A stretch of 64,000 nt of DNA from contig CAYMVA010000054.1 of assembly GCA_964393745.1 (NCBI GenBank), positions 16,406 to 80,405 on the forward strand, read 5' to 3'. The translations under genes and the position numbers were made by a program. The first letter of the stretch is position 1; each line of letters opens with the position of its first letter. The notes under the pieces are model-generated. The model made no database searches and was not told the DNA's origin. It saw nothing but the letters and a program-made list of their open reading frames with translations. The DNA comes from an uncultured Enterobacteriaceae bacterium. GTDB taxonomy: Bacteria > Pseudomonadota > Gammaproteobacteria > Burkholderiales > SG8-39. This document shows, piece after piece, positions 9,505 to 18,784 of this stretch.

Positions 9505-10502
9505 GAGGGTCTCCTTGCTTCTTCGATGACTGCGCGAATGTTATCGGACGGCGCGGCGATGGCGGCTACGCAGCCCGGCCCCACGATCAGGCGCCGGCCG
9601 CCGGTCTGCGCGATGGCGTCGCGCACCTGCGCGCGGATCGCTTCGCGCGGCCCGGAAACGAGCAGCGAGCGCTCCTCGACGCCGCCTACCAGCGCGCCGC
9701 GGAACTTGCCCGCGCCGGCCGCCAGCGCCGGCGGCGTCAGGCGGTCGTGCCAGTTGAGCATCTCGACCGGGTAAGCGGCCAGCCGCTCGAACATCACGTT
9801 CTCGCCGTGCAGGTGCAGCAGGTTGAAGCTCGTCCTGCCCTTTAACGCAGCGAACACTTCGAGGTCGTAGCGGGCGCCGAACTTTTCGTACTCCGCGGCG
9901 CTCAAGGCGTCGGTGGTGGCGAGCTGGGTGGCGAAGAAAAAACCGTGCGCGCCGGCCGCCACCGCAGCAAGCGCGAAATCCATGGTGGTATCGGTGATGG
10001 TGCGCAGGCCGGCCTCGAGCTCGCCGGGATGATCGCGCAGCTGGTCGAAGAAGTCGCCGCCCGCGAGCTTGCGCGCGGTGGTGAGCGGACTGAACACCGT
10101 CTGCAGGATCGGCACCTTGCCGCGCAGCTTCTTCGCCACGCGCGCGAGCGCCTCGTTCTGCGCCCCGAGCACGCCCTTGCGCACGTCGAGCCGCGGCAGC
10201 CGCGCCCAGTCGGCGGCGCGCTTCACGCCCGGATCGGTCACCACGCGGGCGCCGTTCGGCGCGCCCTCGTAGGCGGTTTTCGCGCCCCAGTCCTCGACGC
10301 CGTAGGTGCCAGAGGGCATGAACTTCACCAGGTCGAAATCCCAAGTGCGCTGCCACTCCAGGGTGCGGGCCGCGAGCTTGCCCGCATCCTGGTCGTCTCC
10401 AGGAAAATGCTTCCACAGCGCAACCGGCACGCGATCCGGTGCCGCGCCCGAAATAGCAGCCCCGATGCGCCCCCAATGGTCCATCGCACGAACGCGCTTC
10501 AT
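9501..10502 (-). CDS. Uroporphyrinogen decarboxylase-like (URO-D superfamily) protein
   Basis: DRVPVALWKHF, QTVFSPLT, LHLHG and LIVGPGC motifs; alternative start at 10484. Confidence 0.75.
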   Translation of the reverse strand: MKRVRAMDHWGRIGAAISGAAPDRVPVALWKHFPGDDQDAGKLAARTLEWQRTWDFDLVKFMPSGTYGVEDWGAKTAYEGAPNGARVVTDPGVKRAADWARLPRLDVRKGVLGAQNEALARVAKKLRGKVPILQTVFSPLTTARKLAGGDFFDQLRDHPGELEAGLRTITDTTMDFALAAVAAGAHGFFFATQLATTDALSAAEYEKFGARYDLEVFAALKGRTSFNLLHLHGENVMFERLAAYPVEMLNWHDRLTPPALAAGAGKFRGALVGGVEERSLLVSGPREAIRAQVRDAIAQTGGRRLIVGPGCVAAIAAPSDNIRAVIEEARRPS

Positions 10503-10543
10503 CAGGTGATTCTAGCGGCCGCGCGCTACACTGCCGGAAAATA

Positions 10544-11224
10544 ATGCGAAACCGCCGCGCCACCCGCGAGATGCTGGGCCTCACCAAGGCGGAGTTCGCC
10601 GTCCTCAGGCGCCTCGACACACCCGAGAGAATCCAGGCGTTCCTGCTCAAGCTGCGGCAGAACTTCGAGCCCGACGGCGACAGCTGCCATTCGGTGCGCG
10701 TGGTGCTGCGCTCGCGGCGCGCGCACTGCATCGAGGGCGCGATGCTCGCCGCCTGCGCGCTCTGGATCCACGGCGAGCCGCCGCTGCTGCTGGACATGCA
10801 GGCGGTGAAAGACTACGACCACGTGGTGGCCCTATTCCGCCGGGGCGGCTGCTGGGGCGCGATCTCCAAGACCAACGGCATCGGCCTCAGGTGGCGCGAC
10901 CCGATCTACCGCTCCGTGCGCGAGCTCGCGATGTCGTACTTCCACGAGTACTACAACCGCTGGGACCGCAAGACGCTGCGCACCTACTCGCGGCCCTTCG
11001 ACCTGCGGCGCATGAAGACCGAAAAATGGGTCACGCCCGAGGAAAGCGCCTGGGACATGATCGACACGCTGGAGGCGCTGCGCCACTACAAGCTGCTCGG
11101 CCGCGGGGCGGAGCGGCACTTGACGCGCCGCGACCCGTTCGAGCGCGTGGTGGGCAACCTGCTGCAGTACCGCCGCCCGCGTAAGGCTGGCGCGCGCGCC
11201 AAGGCTGCGCGCCGCAAAAAGTAG
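10544..11224 (+). CDS. Conserved hypothetical protein, transglutaminase/papain-like fold suspected
   Basis: AHCIEGA and DHVVALF motifs suggest Cys-His catalytic residues; good codon usage. Confidence 0.6.
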   Translation: MRNRRATREMLGLTKAEFAVLRRLDTPERIQAFLLKLRQNFEPDGDSCHSVRVVLRSRRAHCIEGAMLAACALWIHGEPPLLLDMQAVKDYDHVVALFRRGGCWGAISKTNGIGLRWRDPIYRSVRELAMSYFHEYYNRWDRKTLRTYSRPFDLRRMKTEKWVTPEESAWDMIDTLEALRHYKLLGRGAERHLTRRDPFERVVGNLLQYRRPRKAGARAKAARRKK

Positions 11225-11227
11225 CGG

Positions 11228-12202
11228 CTACTTTTTGTCGTCGACCCGGCCGATCTTTTCCACCGCGATCTTCAAGCGCGCGGCGTCCTTGGCGAGGAAC
11301 TCGCGGAACTGGGGCGCATCGAGGTAGCTGATCGGCGTCGCCACCTTGTCCATCGCGCCCTTGAACTGCGGATCTGCGACCGCGGCGCGCACCGCTTCGC
11401 GCAGCCGCGCGAGCACCGGCGCTGGGGTCGCCGCCGGCGCGAACACGCCCGACCAGATGTAGAACTCGACCTCCGGGTAGCCCAGCTCCTTGAAGGTCGG
11501 CAGCTCGGGCATCAGTGCGAGGCGCTTGTCGCCCCAGCCGGCAAGCGCGCGCATCTTGCCCCCCTTGATCTGCCCCACCGCGGCCGCGGGGCCCGAGGCG
11601 AGCGCGTGCACCTGGCCGCCGAGCAGCGCGGTGACCGCCGGCCCGCCGCCCTGGTAGGGAACATGAAACAGCTTGATGCCGGCGGCGTTGGCGAACATCT
11701 CCATCGCCACGTGCAGCGTGCCGTACACCCCCGACGAGGAGTAGTTCATCTGGTTAGGGTAGGCCTTGGCCGAAGCGATGAAATCCTGGATCGTCTTGTA
11801 CGGGCCGTCGGCCGCGACCACCAGCACCGTGGGATCGGCCGTGACCAGCGCGATCGGCGCGAAATCGGCGAGTTGGTAGGGCGCGGGCTTGCCGTTGAGC
11901 GGATCGGACACCGGGAAGATCGAGATCGAGGACAGCGCCATCAGGATGGTGTAGCCGTCAGGCGCCGCTTTCGCCACCGCCGTCATGCCGACCGCGCCGC
12001 CGGCGCCGGTGCGGTTCACCACGATCACCGGATGCTTGAGGGTTTTCTCCATGGACGCGGCAAGCGGGCGCCCCACGATGTCGGCGACGCCGCCCGGCGG
12101 GAACGGCGCGATCAGGGTGACCGGCTTGGTGGGATACGCCTCCTGCGCCTGCGCCAGCGGCGCCAGCGCAAGCAACAGCACGACCGCGAGCGTTCGTCTC
12201 AT
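11228..12202 (-). CDS. TctC/Bug substrate-binding protein
   Basis: YPTKPVTLIAPFPPGG and NRTGAGGAVG motifs; AAGGAG RBS before ATG 12202. Confidence 0.9.
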   Translation of the reverse strand: MRRTLAVVLLLALAPLAQAQEAYPTKPVTLIAPFPPGGVADIVGRPLAASMEKTLKHPVIVVNRTGAGGAVGMTAVAKAAPDGYTILMALSSISIFPVSDPLNGKPAPYQLADFAPIALVTADPTVLVVAADGPYKTIQDFIASAKAYPNQMNYSSSGVYGTLHVAMEMFANAAGIKLFHVPYQGGGPAVTALLGGQVHALASGPAAAVGQIKGGKMRALAGWGDKRLALMPELPTFKELGYPEVEFYIWSGVFAPAATPAPVLARLREAVRAAVADPQFKGAMDKVATPISYLDAPQFREFLAKDAARLKIAVEKIGRVDDKK

Positions 12203-12233
12203 GGGAATCTCCTTGGCAAGCGCGAATGATACC

Positions 12234-12300
12234 GGGGACAGACCCCGATTTTCGAGCATATCCCTCAGTAACTTAAGCAGAAAAATCGGGGTCTGTCCCC
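12234..12300. repeat. Inverted REP-like doublet GGGGACAGACCCC...GGGGTCTGTCCCC (family B), 67 bp
   Basis: Same ends and same 67-bp span as 28524..28590; AT-rich spacer. Confidence 0.88.
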
Positions 12301-12404
12301 GATTTTCCGGTTACATGCGGTTACAGACGTTGCATTTGCTACATCACACGGCGGGCCCGCTCGTGCGTCAATGTTCACGGGCACTCACAAGAAAGGAGCC
12401 TGCC

Positions 12405-12722
12405 ATGTTGTGGAAGAAAATTGCAGTTACCGCCGCCGCCGGCGCGGCGCTTGCAGCCGCGCTCCCCGCCTATGCCGATTCGCCACACTGGGGGCCGTCG
12501 CACGGTTACCGCGCCGGACACTGGGACAATCGCCATCATCGCGGCCATTATCACCCGCAGCGCCACCAGGTGATCGTGGTGCAACCGCGGCCGTATATCT
12601 ACCTGCCGCCCAGGGTTGTGGTTCTGTATCCGGGTCCGGTGTACGCGCCCTACCCGCAGCCGATACCATCCCATCCGGGCTGGGACGTCAACGTCGGCTT
12701 CCGATTCGGCGGAATGTTCTAG
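12405..12722 (+). CDS. Small secreted His/Pro/Tyr-rich protein (105 aa)
   Basis: AAAGGAG RBS; signal peptide ending AYA-D; low-complexity H/R then P/V/Y segments. Confidence 0.7.
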   Translation: MLWKKIAVTAAAGAALAAALPAYADSPHWGPSHGYRAGHWDNRHHRGHYHPQRHQVIVVQPRPYIYLPPRVVVLYPGPVYAPYPQPIPSHPGWDVNVGFRFGGMF

Positions 12723-14179
12723 GCGTTGAACTCGGCCTTGAATCCGGGCGGCGGCGAGTAGGCGAAGCTGCCGCGCCGGATCACGGCCTCCCGGCCGCCG
12801 TTCGCGGCCACCAGCTCGGCCTGGCGTCGCTTCGCGCGCCGGTCCACCTCTTCCGGGTCGAGCAGCGCGCGCAGCTTCTGTTCGCACTCCTTGCGCACCG
12901 CGGCGTGCGCCGGGTCGGTGCCCAGGTCGCGCAGCTCCTCGGGGTCCGCTTCGAGATCGAAAAGCTGCGGCTGTTTCGGGTAGTGAACGAAGTACACGTA
13001 CTTCCACTTGCCGTACCGCACCATGTACTCGCCCGCTCGCGACGAGGATGCGTGGTATTCGGAAAGCACCGTGCGCTCCGGGTTCTCGCCCGCCGCGAGG
13101 CGCAGCAGCGACACGCCCCGTTGCCCGTCGTACATCTCGGGCGCATCCGACCCCACGCACTGCATCACCGTGGGGTACACGTCCACGTGGCTGACCGGCA
13201 TTTTTTGGACCGCGCCGGCGGGCACACCGGGACCAGCGAGGATCATCGGCACCTTCGCCGCCTCCTCGTAGAGCACCTGCTTGCCCCACAGGCCGCGCGC
13301 GCCGAGGTTGTCGCCGTGGTCCGAGGTGTAGAGCACGCGCGTCGAATCGGCGAGGCCGCAATCTTCGAGCGCGTCGAGCACATTGCCGATGTTCTCGTCG
13401 AGTGAAGACACCAGGCCGAAATAGCCCGCACGTGCGCGCCGCACCGTGGCTTCGTCATTGAAGTGCAGGTCGTAACCGGTGTTTTCCGCCTGGTCGCGCA
13501 CCACCGGGTGCGCCGGGCGCTCGTGCTTCGCATAGAGCTTGGGCATCGGCGCGTGGGCGTAGTACTTGTAGTACCAGTGCGGCGGCGCGGTGAGCGGGAA
13601 GTGCGGCGCCACCAGCGACACGAACAGCACCCACGGCCGCTCGCGGTACTTGGGCGCCTCCTCGCGCAGCCAGATCTGCGCGCGCGAGGCGATCTCGCGG
13701 TCATACCAGGTGTATTCGGATTCGCCCGGGCCGGCGAGCCCGGCGAGCTTCTTGCCGTCCTGGCGCGGCGGCATGTCGTCGCCGCGCAGCAGCCCGTAGA
13801 GGTCGCCCTTCTCCTCGTACACGTTCATCGGAATGATCTCTTCCGAGAAGCCGTTGTCGTCGCGCGTCGAGCGGAAATGCAGCTTGCCGACCGACACCAC
13901 GCGATGGCCCCTGCCGCGCAGCCGGTGGTGCCAGCTCGGAATCGAGCCCTCGTAGGGATCGGCGTTGTCCCAGAAGCCGATCTGGTGAATGTACTTGCCC
14001 ACGGCGAACGCAGCGCGCGCCGGCACGCAGATCGGGCACGTGGTGTAGGCATCGGTGAAGCGCGTGCCGCGCGCCGCCAGCCGGTCGAGGTTCGGGGTCT
14101 GCACGAAACTGCCTGCGCAGCTCAGCCAGCGCGGGTCGTGCTCGTCGGACATGATGATCAGCAGGTTGGCGGGTTTCAA
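12719..14179 (-). CDS. Cys-type sulfatase (choline-sulfatase-like), cytoplasmic
   Basis: NLLIIMSDEH, CPICVPAR (CxPxR), GKLH and SDHGDNLG motifs; TTG start. Confidence 0.88.
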   Translation of the reverse strand: MKPANLLIIMSDEHDPRWLSCAGSFVQTPNLDRLAARGTRFTDAYTTCPICVPARAAFAVGKYIHQIGFWDNADPYEGSIPSWHHRLRGRGHRVVSVGKLHFRSTRDDNGFSEEIIPMNVYEEKGDLYGLLRGDDMPPRQDGKKLAGLAGPGESEYTWYDREIASRAQIWLREEAPKYRERPWVLFVSLVAPHFPLTAPPHWYYKYYAHAPMPKLYAKHERPAHPVVRDQAENTGYDLHFNDEATVRRARAGYFGLVSSLDENIGNVLDALEDCGLADSTRVLYTSDHGDNLGARGLWGKQVLYEEAAKVPMILAGPGVPAGAVQKMPVSHVDVYPTVMQCVGSDAPEMYDGQRGVSLLRLAAGENPERTVLSEYHASSSRAGEYMVRYGKWKYVYFVHYPKQPQLFDLEADPEELRDLGTDPAHAAVRKECEQKLRALLDPEEVDRRAKRRQAELVAANGGREAVIRRGSFAYSPPPGFKAEFNA

Positions 14180-14188
14180 TGCGTCTTC

Positions 14189-15340
14189 CTAGGCAGCGTA
14201 TTTCTTCAGCACTTCGCGCGACACCTCGATGCCGAGGCCGGGCCGCTGCGGCACCTCGACCCAGCCGTCCTTGTGCCTGAGCGGCGTGTCGGTCAGGTGC
14301 TCGCGGAACGGGTGCGACGAGGTGTCGAATTCAAGCAGCGGCTGCTGCGCGTAGAGCGAATGGTGCGCAACCGGTAGCGCGGCGATCAGTTGCAGCGACG
14401 CCGCCTGCCCGACCGCCGAGCCCCAGACGTGGGGATTCAACTGCACGCCGTGCGCGTGGGCGAGCACCGCGATGTGGCGGCAGCCGGTGAAGCCGCCCGC
14501 GGCGCAGATGTCGGGCTGCGCGATGTCTACGGCGCGGCGCGCGAAGAGTTCCCTAAAGCCGAATAGCGTGAATTCGTTCTCGCCGCCGGCGATCGGCGTC
14601 GCGAGCGCGCGCCGCACCTCGCCGTAGCCGTCGAGGTCTTCCTGCGTCACCGGCTCCTCGTACCAGCGCAGCTTCCAGCCCATGTCCTCGATGCCGCGCC
14701 CGAGGCGCACCGCTTCTGCGACGCCGTAGGCGTGGTTGGTGTCGATCATGGCCTCGTACGCGAGCTCGCGCGTCCCCTCGCGCACCGCGCGCATCACCGC
14801 GAGATCGTCCTCGACGCCGAAGCCGAGCTTCACCTTCATGGCTCGAAAGCCGTTGGCATAGTGCGCCGCGGCCTCTTTCGCCAGCCGCGCCGCTTCGCCC
14901 TGGCCCTTGATTCGATAAAAGCCCGTGGCATAGGCCTGCACGCGCTGGCGGAACATGCCGCCGAGCAGCGTCGCCACCGGTGCGCCGCGCACCTTGCCGC
15001 AAATGTCCCAAAGTGCGATGTCTACGCCGCTGATGGCGCCGATGAGCGCGCCTTTCAGGCCGTAGTCGCGCGTCTGGTGATACATCCGGTGCCACAGCAC
15101 CTCCGGCTGCAGCGGATCGGTGCCCAACGCGAGCGGCTTGAGCGCGGAGAGCACCGCGGCGGCCGCTATTTCGGGCGGCTGCAAGCCCTGGCACAGCGCC
15201 TCGCCCCAACCGGTCACGCCCTCGTCGGTGCTGACCTCCACCAGCGTCGCGCCGCGGCTTGCGACCCAGCCCTGAGAGAAAGCGAACGGCTGCGCCAGCG
15301 GCGAGCGCAGCACGTGCGCGCGGATATCGGTGATCTTCAA
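14189..15340 (-). CDS. Mandelate racemase/muconate-lactonizing enzyme family (enolase superfamily)
   Basis: KxK (MKVKLG), D-x-N (IDTNH), WYEEP, GGENE, QPD and PHVW motifs; TTGA overlap. Confidence 0.88.
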   Translation of the reverse strand: MKITDIRAHVLRSPLAQPFAFSQGWVASRGATLVEVSTDEGVTGWGEALCQGLQPPEIAAAAVLSALKPLALGTDPLQPEVLWHRMYHQTRDYGLKGALIGAISGVDIALWDICGKVRGAPVATLLGGMFRQRVQAYATGFYRIKGQGEAARLAKEAAAHYANGFRAMKVKLGFGVEDDLAVMRAVREGTRELAYEAMIDTNHAYGVAEAVRLGRGIEDMGWKLRWYEEPVTQEDLDGYGEVRRALATPIAGGENEFTLFGFRELFARRAVDIAQPDICAAGGFTGCRHIAVLAHAHGVQLNPHVWGSAVGQAASLQLIAALPVAHHSLYAQQPLLEFDTSSHPFREHLTDTPLRHKDGWVEVPQRPGLGIEVSREVLKKYAA

Positions 15341-16860
15341 GCCATGCCCACCTGCGGCAGCCGCGGCACGATGTCCTCGGGCCGGCTGCGGATCATGTCC
15401 TCGAGCTCCTTGCGCACCTTGGCGCAACCCGGATCGTCGAAGCGGTTGTCCATCTCGTGCGGATCGCCGGCGAGGTCGTAGAGCTCGCCCGCGCCCGAGC
15501 GCAAATCCTTGGTGAGCTTGTGCGTGCGCGTGCGCACCGTGCGCAGATCGAGATCCACGCCCGAGCGCGAGGCGCGCAGGTCCCACTCGCTGTAAGCGAA
15601 ATCGCGGCTCGCGCCGTCCGTTTCGATCAGTTTCCTCAGGCTGCGGCTGTGTTTCGCCTGCGGCAGCGGCACGCCGGCGTAATCGGCAAAGGTCGCCGCC
15701 AGGTCGATCGTCGATACAGGATCGACGACCACCTTGCCCTGCGGCACGCCGGGGCCGCGAAACAGAAGTCCCACGCGCAGTAGCCCCTCGTAGGCCATCG
15801 GCCCCTTGAGGATCAGGCCGTGATCGCCCAGCCAGTCGCCGTGATCGGTGGAAAAAACCACCAGCGTGTCCCGCTCCAGCCCGAGCGCCTCGAGGTGCAG
15901 CAGAATGCGGCCGACGTTGTGGTCGATGAGCGAAATCATGCCGTAGTAGTTCGCGATCAGCTCGCGCAACTGCTGGTCGCTCTGCACCGGGATGCGCGAG
16001 TATTGCTCGCGGATCTTGCGCAGCTTTTCTTCGATCTGCGGCTTGCCGGTGAGGCTCTGCTTATGCCACCACGGCCGGCGCTCCAGGTCGAGAGTGCGGT
16101 GCGGCGGCAGGTCCACCTCGTCCGGGTGGTGCATGCGGCTCCACGGATCGGGCGCGTCGAACGGATGGTGCGGGTCGGGAAACGACGCCCAGACGCAGAA
16201 CTGCTCGCCGCGGTAGGTGCTCAGGTACTCGATGGTGCGGTCGCCGATCCAGGTGGAGTTGTGGAACGCAGGCGGCAGCGCAGAATGAAAAGTCTGCATC
16301 GCCGTGCTCAGCGGCGGCAGTTGCGTCTCGTACAGGCGCTGCAGCGCCTCGCCGCGGCCGTTCTGGTGGAACCAGCGCTCGTAGTGCTGGCCGCGCGGCG
16401 GCTTCATCGGCGGCCAATGGTTGTGCCCCTCGACCATCAGCTCGACGTGCTCGAAGCCCATGTAGGGGCCGTTCCAGTCCTGCGGCTGATCGCTGTTGCG
16501 GCACTCGGGCGTGCCGGTGGGCTTGAAGGTGTGCGAAGTGGCGAAATGCGCCTTGCCGAAGTAACCGGTGCGATAGCCCGCCCTGGCGAACGCGCCCGCG
16601 TAGCCCGCCTCGCCCACCTTGGGATCGAGATCTATGCCGTTGTCGGAGACGCCGTGCGTGTACGGCAGCAGCCCAGTGAGAATCGAGGCGCGCGAGGGCT
16701 GGCAGACGAGGTTCGGCGTGATGCACGCGGAAAATCGCGTGCCTTCGCGCGCCATGCGATCGAGGTGCGGCGTCCTGACCCTGCGCCCTTCGAAACCGTA
16801 GCAGTCGCCGCGCTGCTGGTCGGAGGTGATGAAAAGAATGTTCGGCTTGCGCTGGCTCAA
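15337..16860 (-). CDS. Cys-type sulfatase, second copy
   Basis: KPNILFITSDQQR, CQPSRASILTG, GKAHF and TDHGDWLG motifs; TTGA overlap with the upstream tctC-like gene. Confidence 0.88.
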   Translation of the reverse strand: MSQRKPNILFITSDQQRGDCYGFEGRRVRTPHLDRMAREGTRFSACITPNLVCQPSRASILTGLLPYTHGVSDNGIDLDPKVGEAGYAGAFARAGYRTGYFGKAHFATSHTFKPTGTPECRNSDQPQDWNGPYMGFEHVELMVEGHNHWPPMKPPRGQHYERWFHQNGRGEALQRLYETQLPPLSTAMQTFHSALPPAFHNSTWIGDRTIEYLSTYRGEQFCVWASFPDPHHPFDAPDPWSRMHHPDEVDLPPHRTLDLERRPWWHKQSLTGKPQIEEKLRKIREQYSRIPVQSDQQLRELIANYYGMISLIDHNVGRILLHLEALGLERDTLVVFSTDHGDWLGDHGLILKGPMAYEGLLRVGLLFRGPGVPQGKVVVDPVSTIDLAATFADYAGVPLPQAKHSRSLRKLIETDGASRDFAYSEWDLRASRSGVDLDLRTVRTRTHKLTKDLRSGAGELYDLAGDPHEMDNRFDDPGCAKVRKELEDMIRSRPEDIVPRLPQVGMA

Positions 16861-17837
16861 CTGTCCACCCTGGCTCCGGATTTCTTCACGATCGGCGCCC
16901 AGCGCTCGATCTCCTGCTTGATGAACGCGCTGAACGCATCCGGCGAGGCGCTGGGCGTGACTTCCAGCCCCGCCGCGTTGAAGCGCTCGACGAGCGCCGC
17001 ATTGCGCAGCGCCTTGACGAATTCGTCGTACAGACGTTTCACCACCGGCGCAGGCGTGCCGGCCGGAACCGCAGGTCCCCACCATTGCACGGTCTCGAAA
17101 CCCGGAATGCCTGCTTCCTGATAGGTAGGCGTGTCGGGCAGCAGGCGTTGGCGCGCCTTGCTGGTTACGGCGAAAGCCCTGAGCTTCCCCGCCTTGATGT
17201 GCTGCACCGTCGGCGGCAGACCCAGGGAAGCAAGCGGGATCTGGCCGCCGACGACATCGCCGATCGCCTGGCCGCCGCCCTTGTAGGGCACGTGCGTGAT
17301 GTCGAGGTTGCCGGCGAGCGTCTTGAAAAGCTCCGCCGCGAGGTGCTGCGGCGTGCCGTTGCCGGGCGAGCCGTAGGCAAGCTTGCCCGGGTTCTTCTTC
17401 GCGTAGTCGATCAGCTCGGCCAGGTTCGCGGCCGGCACCGACGGGTGCCCGACCAGGATGTGCGCGCCGCTGATCATCTGCGTGATCGGGATGAAATCGT
17501 TCACCGGATCGAAGGGCAGCTTGGCGAACAGCGACGGCGCGATGGTGTAGGCGTCGGCATAGAACAGCACCGTGTAGCCGTCGGGCGCGGATTTCGCGAC
17601 CGCCTCGGCGCCGATGTTGCCGGCGCCGCCGGTGCGGTTCTCCACGATCACCGGCTGGCCCATGGACTCCTGCAGCAGCGGTGCGATGACGCGTCCGCTC
17701 ATGTCCATGGCGCCGCCGGCCGCGTAGGCGAGCACCAGCCGGATCGGCTTATTCGGATAGGTTTGCGCGAGCGCGGAACACGCGGTCAACGCGGCCAGCG
17801 CGGCCAGCGCGGCCGCAATGGCAACGATCAGTCTCAT
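16857..17837 (-). CDS. TctC/Bug substrate-binding protein heading the sulfatase operon
   Basis: [12 protein letters not shown] and [11 protein letters not shown] motifs; AGGAGAGG RBS. Confidence 0.9.
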   Translation of the reverse strand: MRLIVAIAAALAALAALTACSALAQTYPNKPIRLVLAYAAGGAMDMSGRVIAPLLQESMGQPVIVENRTGGAGNIGAEAVAKSAPDGYTVLFYADAYTIAPSLFAKLPFDPVNDFIPITQMISGAHILVGHPSVPAANLAELIDYAKKNPGKLAYGSPGNGTPQHLAAELFKTLAGNLDITHVPYKGGGQAIGDVVGGQIPLASLGLPPTVQHIKAGKLRAFAVTSKARQRLLPDTPTYQEAGIPGFETVQWWGPAVPAGTPAPVVKRLYDEFVKALRNAALVERFNAAGLEVTPSASPDAFSAFIKQEIERWAPIVKKSGARVDS

Positions 17838-17880
17838 GATTTGCCTCTCCTCTTTTTGGGCGGACCTGCAACCCCCAATC

Positions 17881-18090
17881 CTACCCGCGTCGACGATAGA
17901 GCCTCGCGGTGCCGGTCTTGATCTTGGCGAGGTCGGCGTAGTCCGCGCCGAGCGCCAGCAGGTCCGCCTGGAACCCCAGCGGCATTCCATGGTCTACGAT
18001 CATGGTCAGGCCGGCGCGGCGCGGCTTGGACTTGCTGCGCTCGGCGGGCAGCGGCACCATGGCGAAAGGTCGCTTCGGCATGCGGTTCAT
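17881..18090 (-). pseudogene. comA: Truncated phosphosulfolactate synthase (ComA-like) N-terminal fragment
   Basis: KPRRAGLTMIVDHG...DLLALGADYADLAKIKTGTARLY matches the ComA N-terminus; it stops after 69 aa, far short of a full TIM barrel. Confidence 0.7.
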
Positions 18091-18101
18091 TGTATTGTCG
18101 G

Positions 18102-18204
18102 GAAATCGAGGTCAGAGTTCGATTTCGACGAAACAAGGTCGATTTTCGGAAACCGGGGACAGACCCCGAAAATCGAGAACCAAGAAGAACCGGGGTCTGT
18201 CCCC
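18102..18204. repeat. Family B REP-like cluster: GAAATCGAGGTCAGAGTTCGATTTC hairpin plus GGGGACAGACCCC/GGGGTCTGTCCCC doublet
   Basis: Hairpin at 18102..18126; doublet arms at 18155..18167 and 18192..18204. Confidence 0.85.
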
Positions 18205-18223
18205 ATAGCGAAAGGAGGAAAGG

Positions 18224-18784
18224 ATGGAGCGGCGCACCCTGTTGAAAGCCCTGTCGGCACTGCCCTTCGCGGCGCTGGCGAGGCAGGCGCTCGCCGCCCC
18301 GCCCAAGACGATGAAGGACGTGGAGGAGTTGCAAAAGAACTGGAAGACCCTGCTCGCCGCCGGTGCCCAGGCGCCGAGCGCGACCGAAAAGGTCAACCTC
18401 CCTGCGGCGGATTGGCGCAAGCGCCTGTCGCCCGCCGCGTTCAACGTGCTGCGCGAGGAAGGCACCGAGCGCGCCGGCTCGAGCCCGCTCGACCGCGAGA
18501 AGCGCGAGGGCGTGTTCGCCTGCGCCGGCTGCGACCTGCCGGTGTTCACCTCGGCGATGAAGTTCGACAGCGGCACCGGCTGGCCGTCGTTTTTCACCAC
18601 CATTCCCGACGCATTCGTGACCAAGACGGACTACAAGATCATCTTCCCGCGCACCGAGTACCACTGCGCGCGCTGCGGCGGCCACCACGGCCACGTGTTC
18701 GACGACGGCCCGCCGCCGACCAAGCTGCGCTACTGCAACAACGGCGCGGCGCTGAAGTTCATCCCGAAGGCGGCAAAGACTTAA
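18224..18784 (+). CDS. msrB: Peptide-methionine (R)-S-oxide reductase with Tat-like signal
   Basis: MERRTLLK leader; GTERAG, CAGC, KFDSGTGWPSF, CARC..HHGHVFDDGP and RYCNNG motifs. Confidence 0.93.
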   Translation: MERRTLLKALSALPFAALARQALAAPPKTMKDVEELQKNWKTLLAAGAQAPSATEKVNLPAADWRKRLSPAAFNVLREEGTERAGSSPLDREKREGVFACAGCDLPVFTSAMKFDSGTGWPSFFTTIPDAFVTKTDYKIIFPRTEYHCARCGGHHGHVFDDGPPPTKLRYCNNGAALKFIPKAAKT

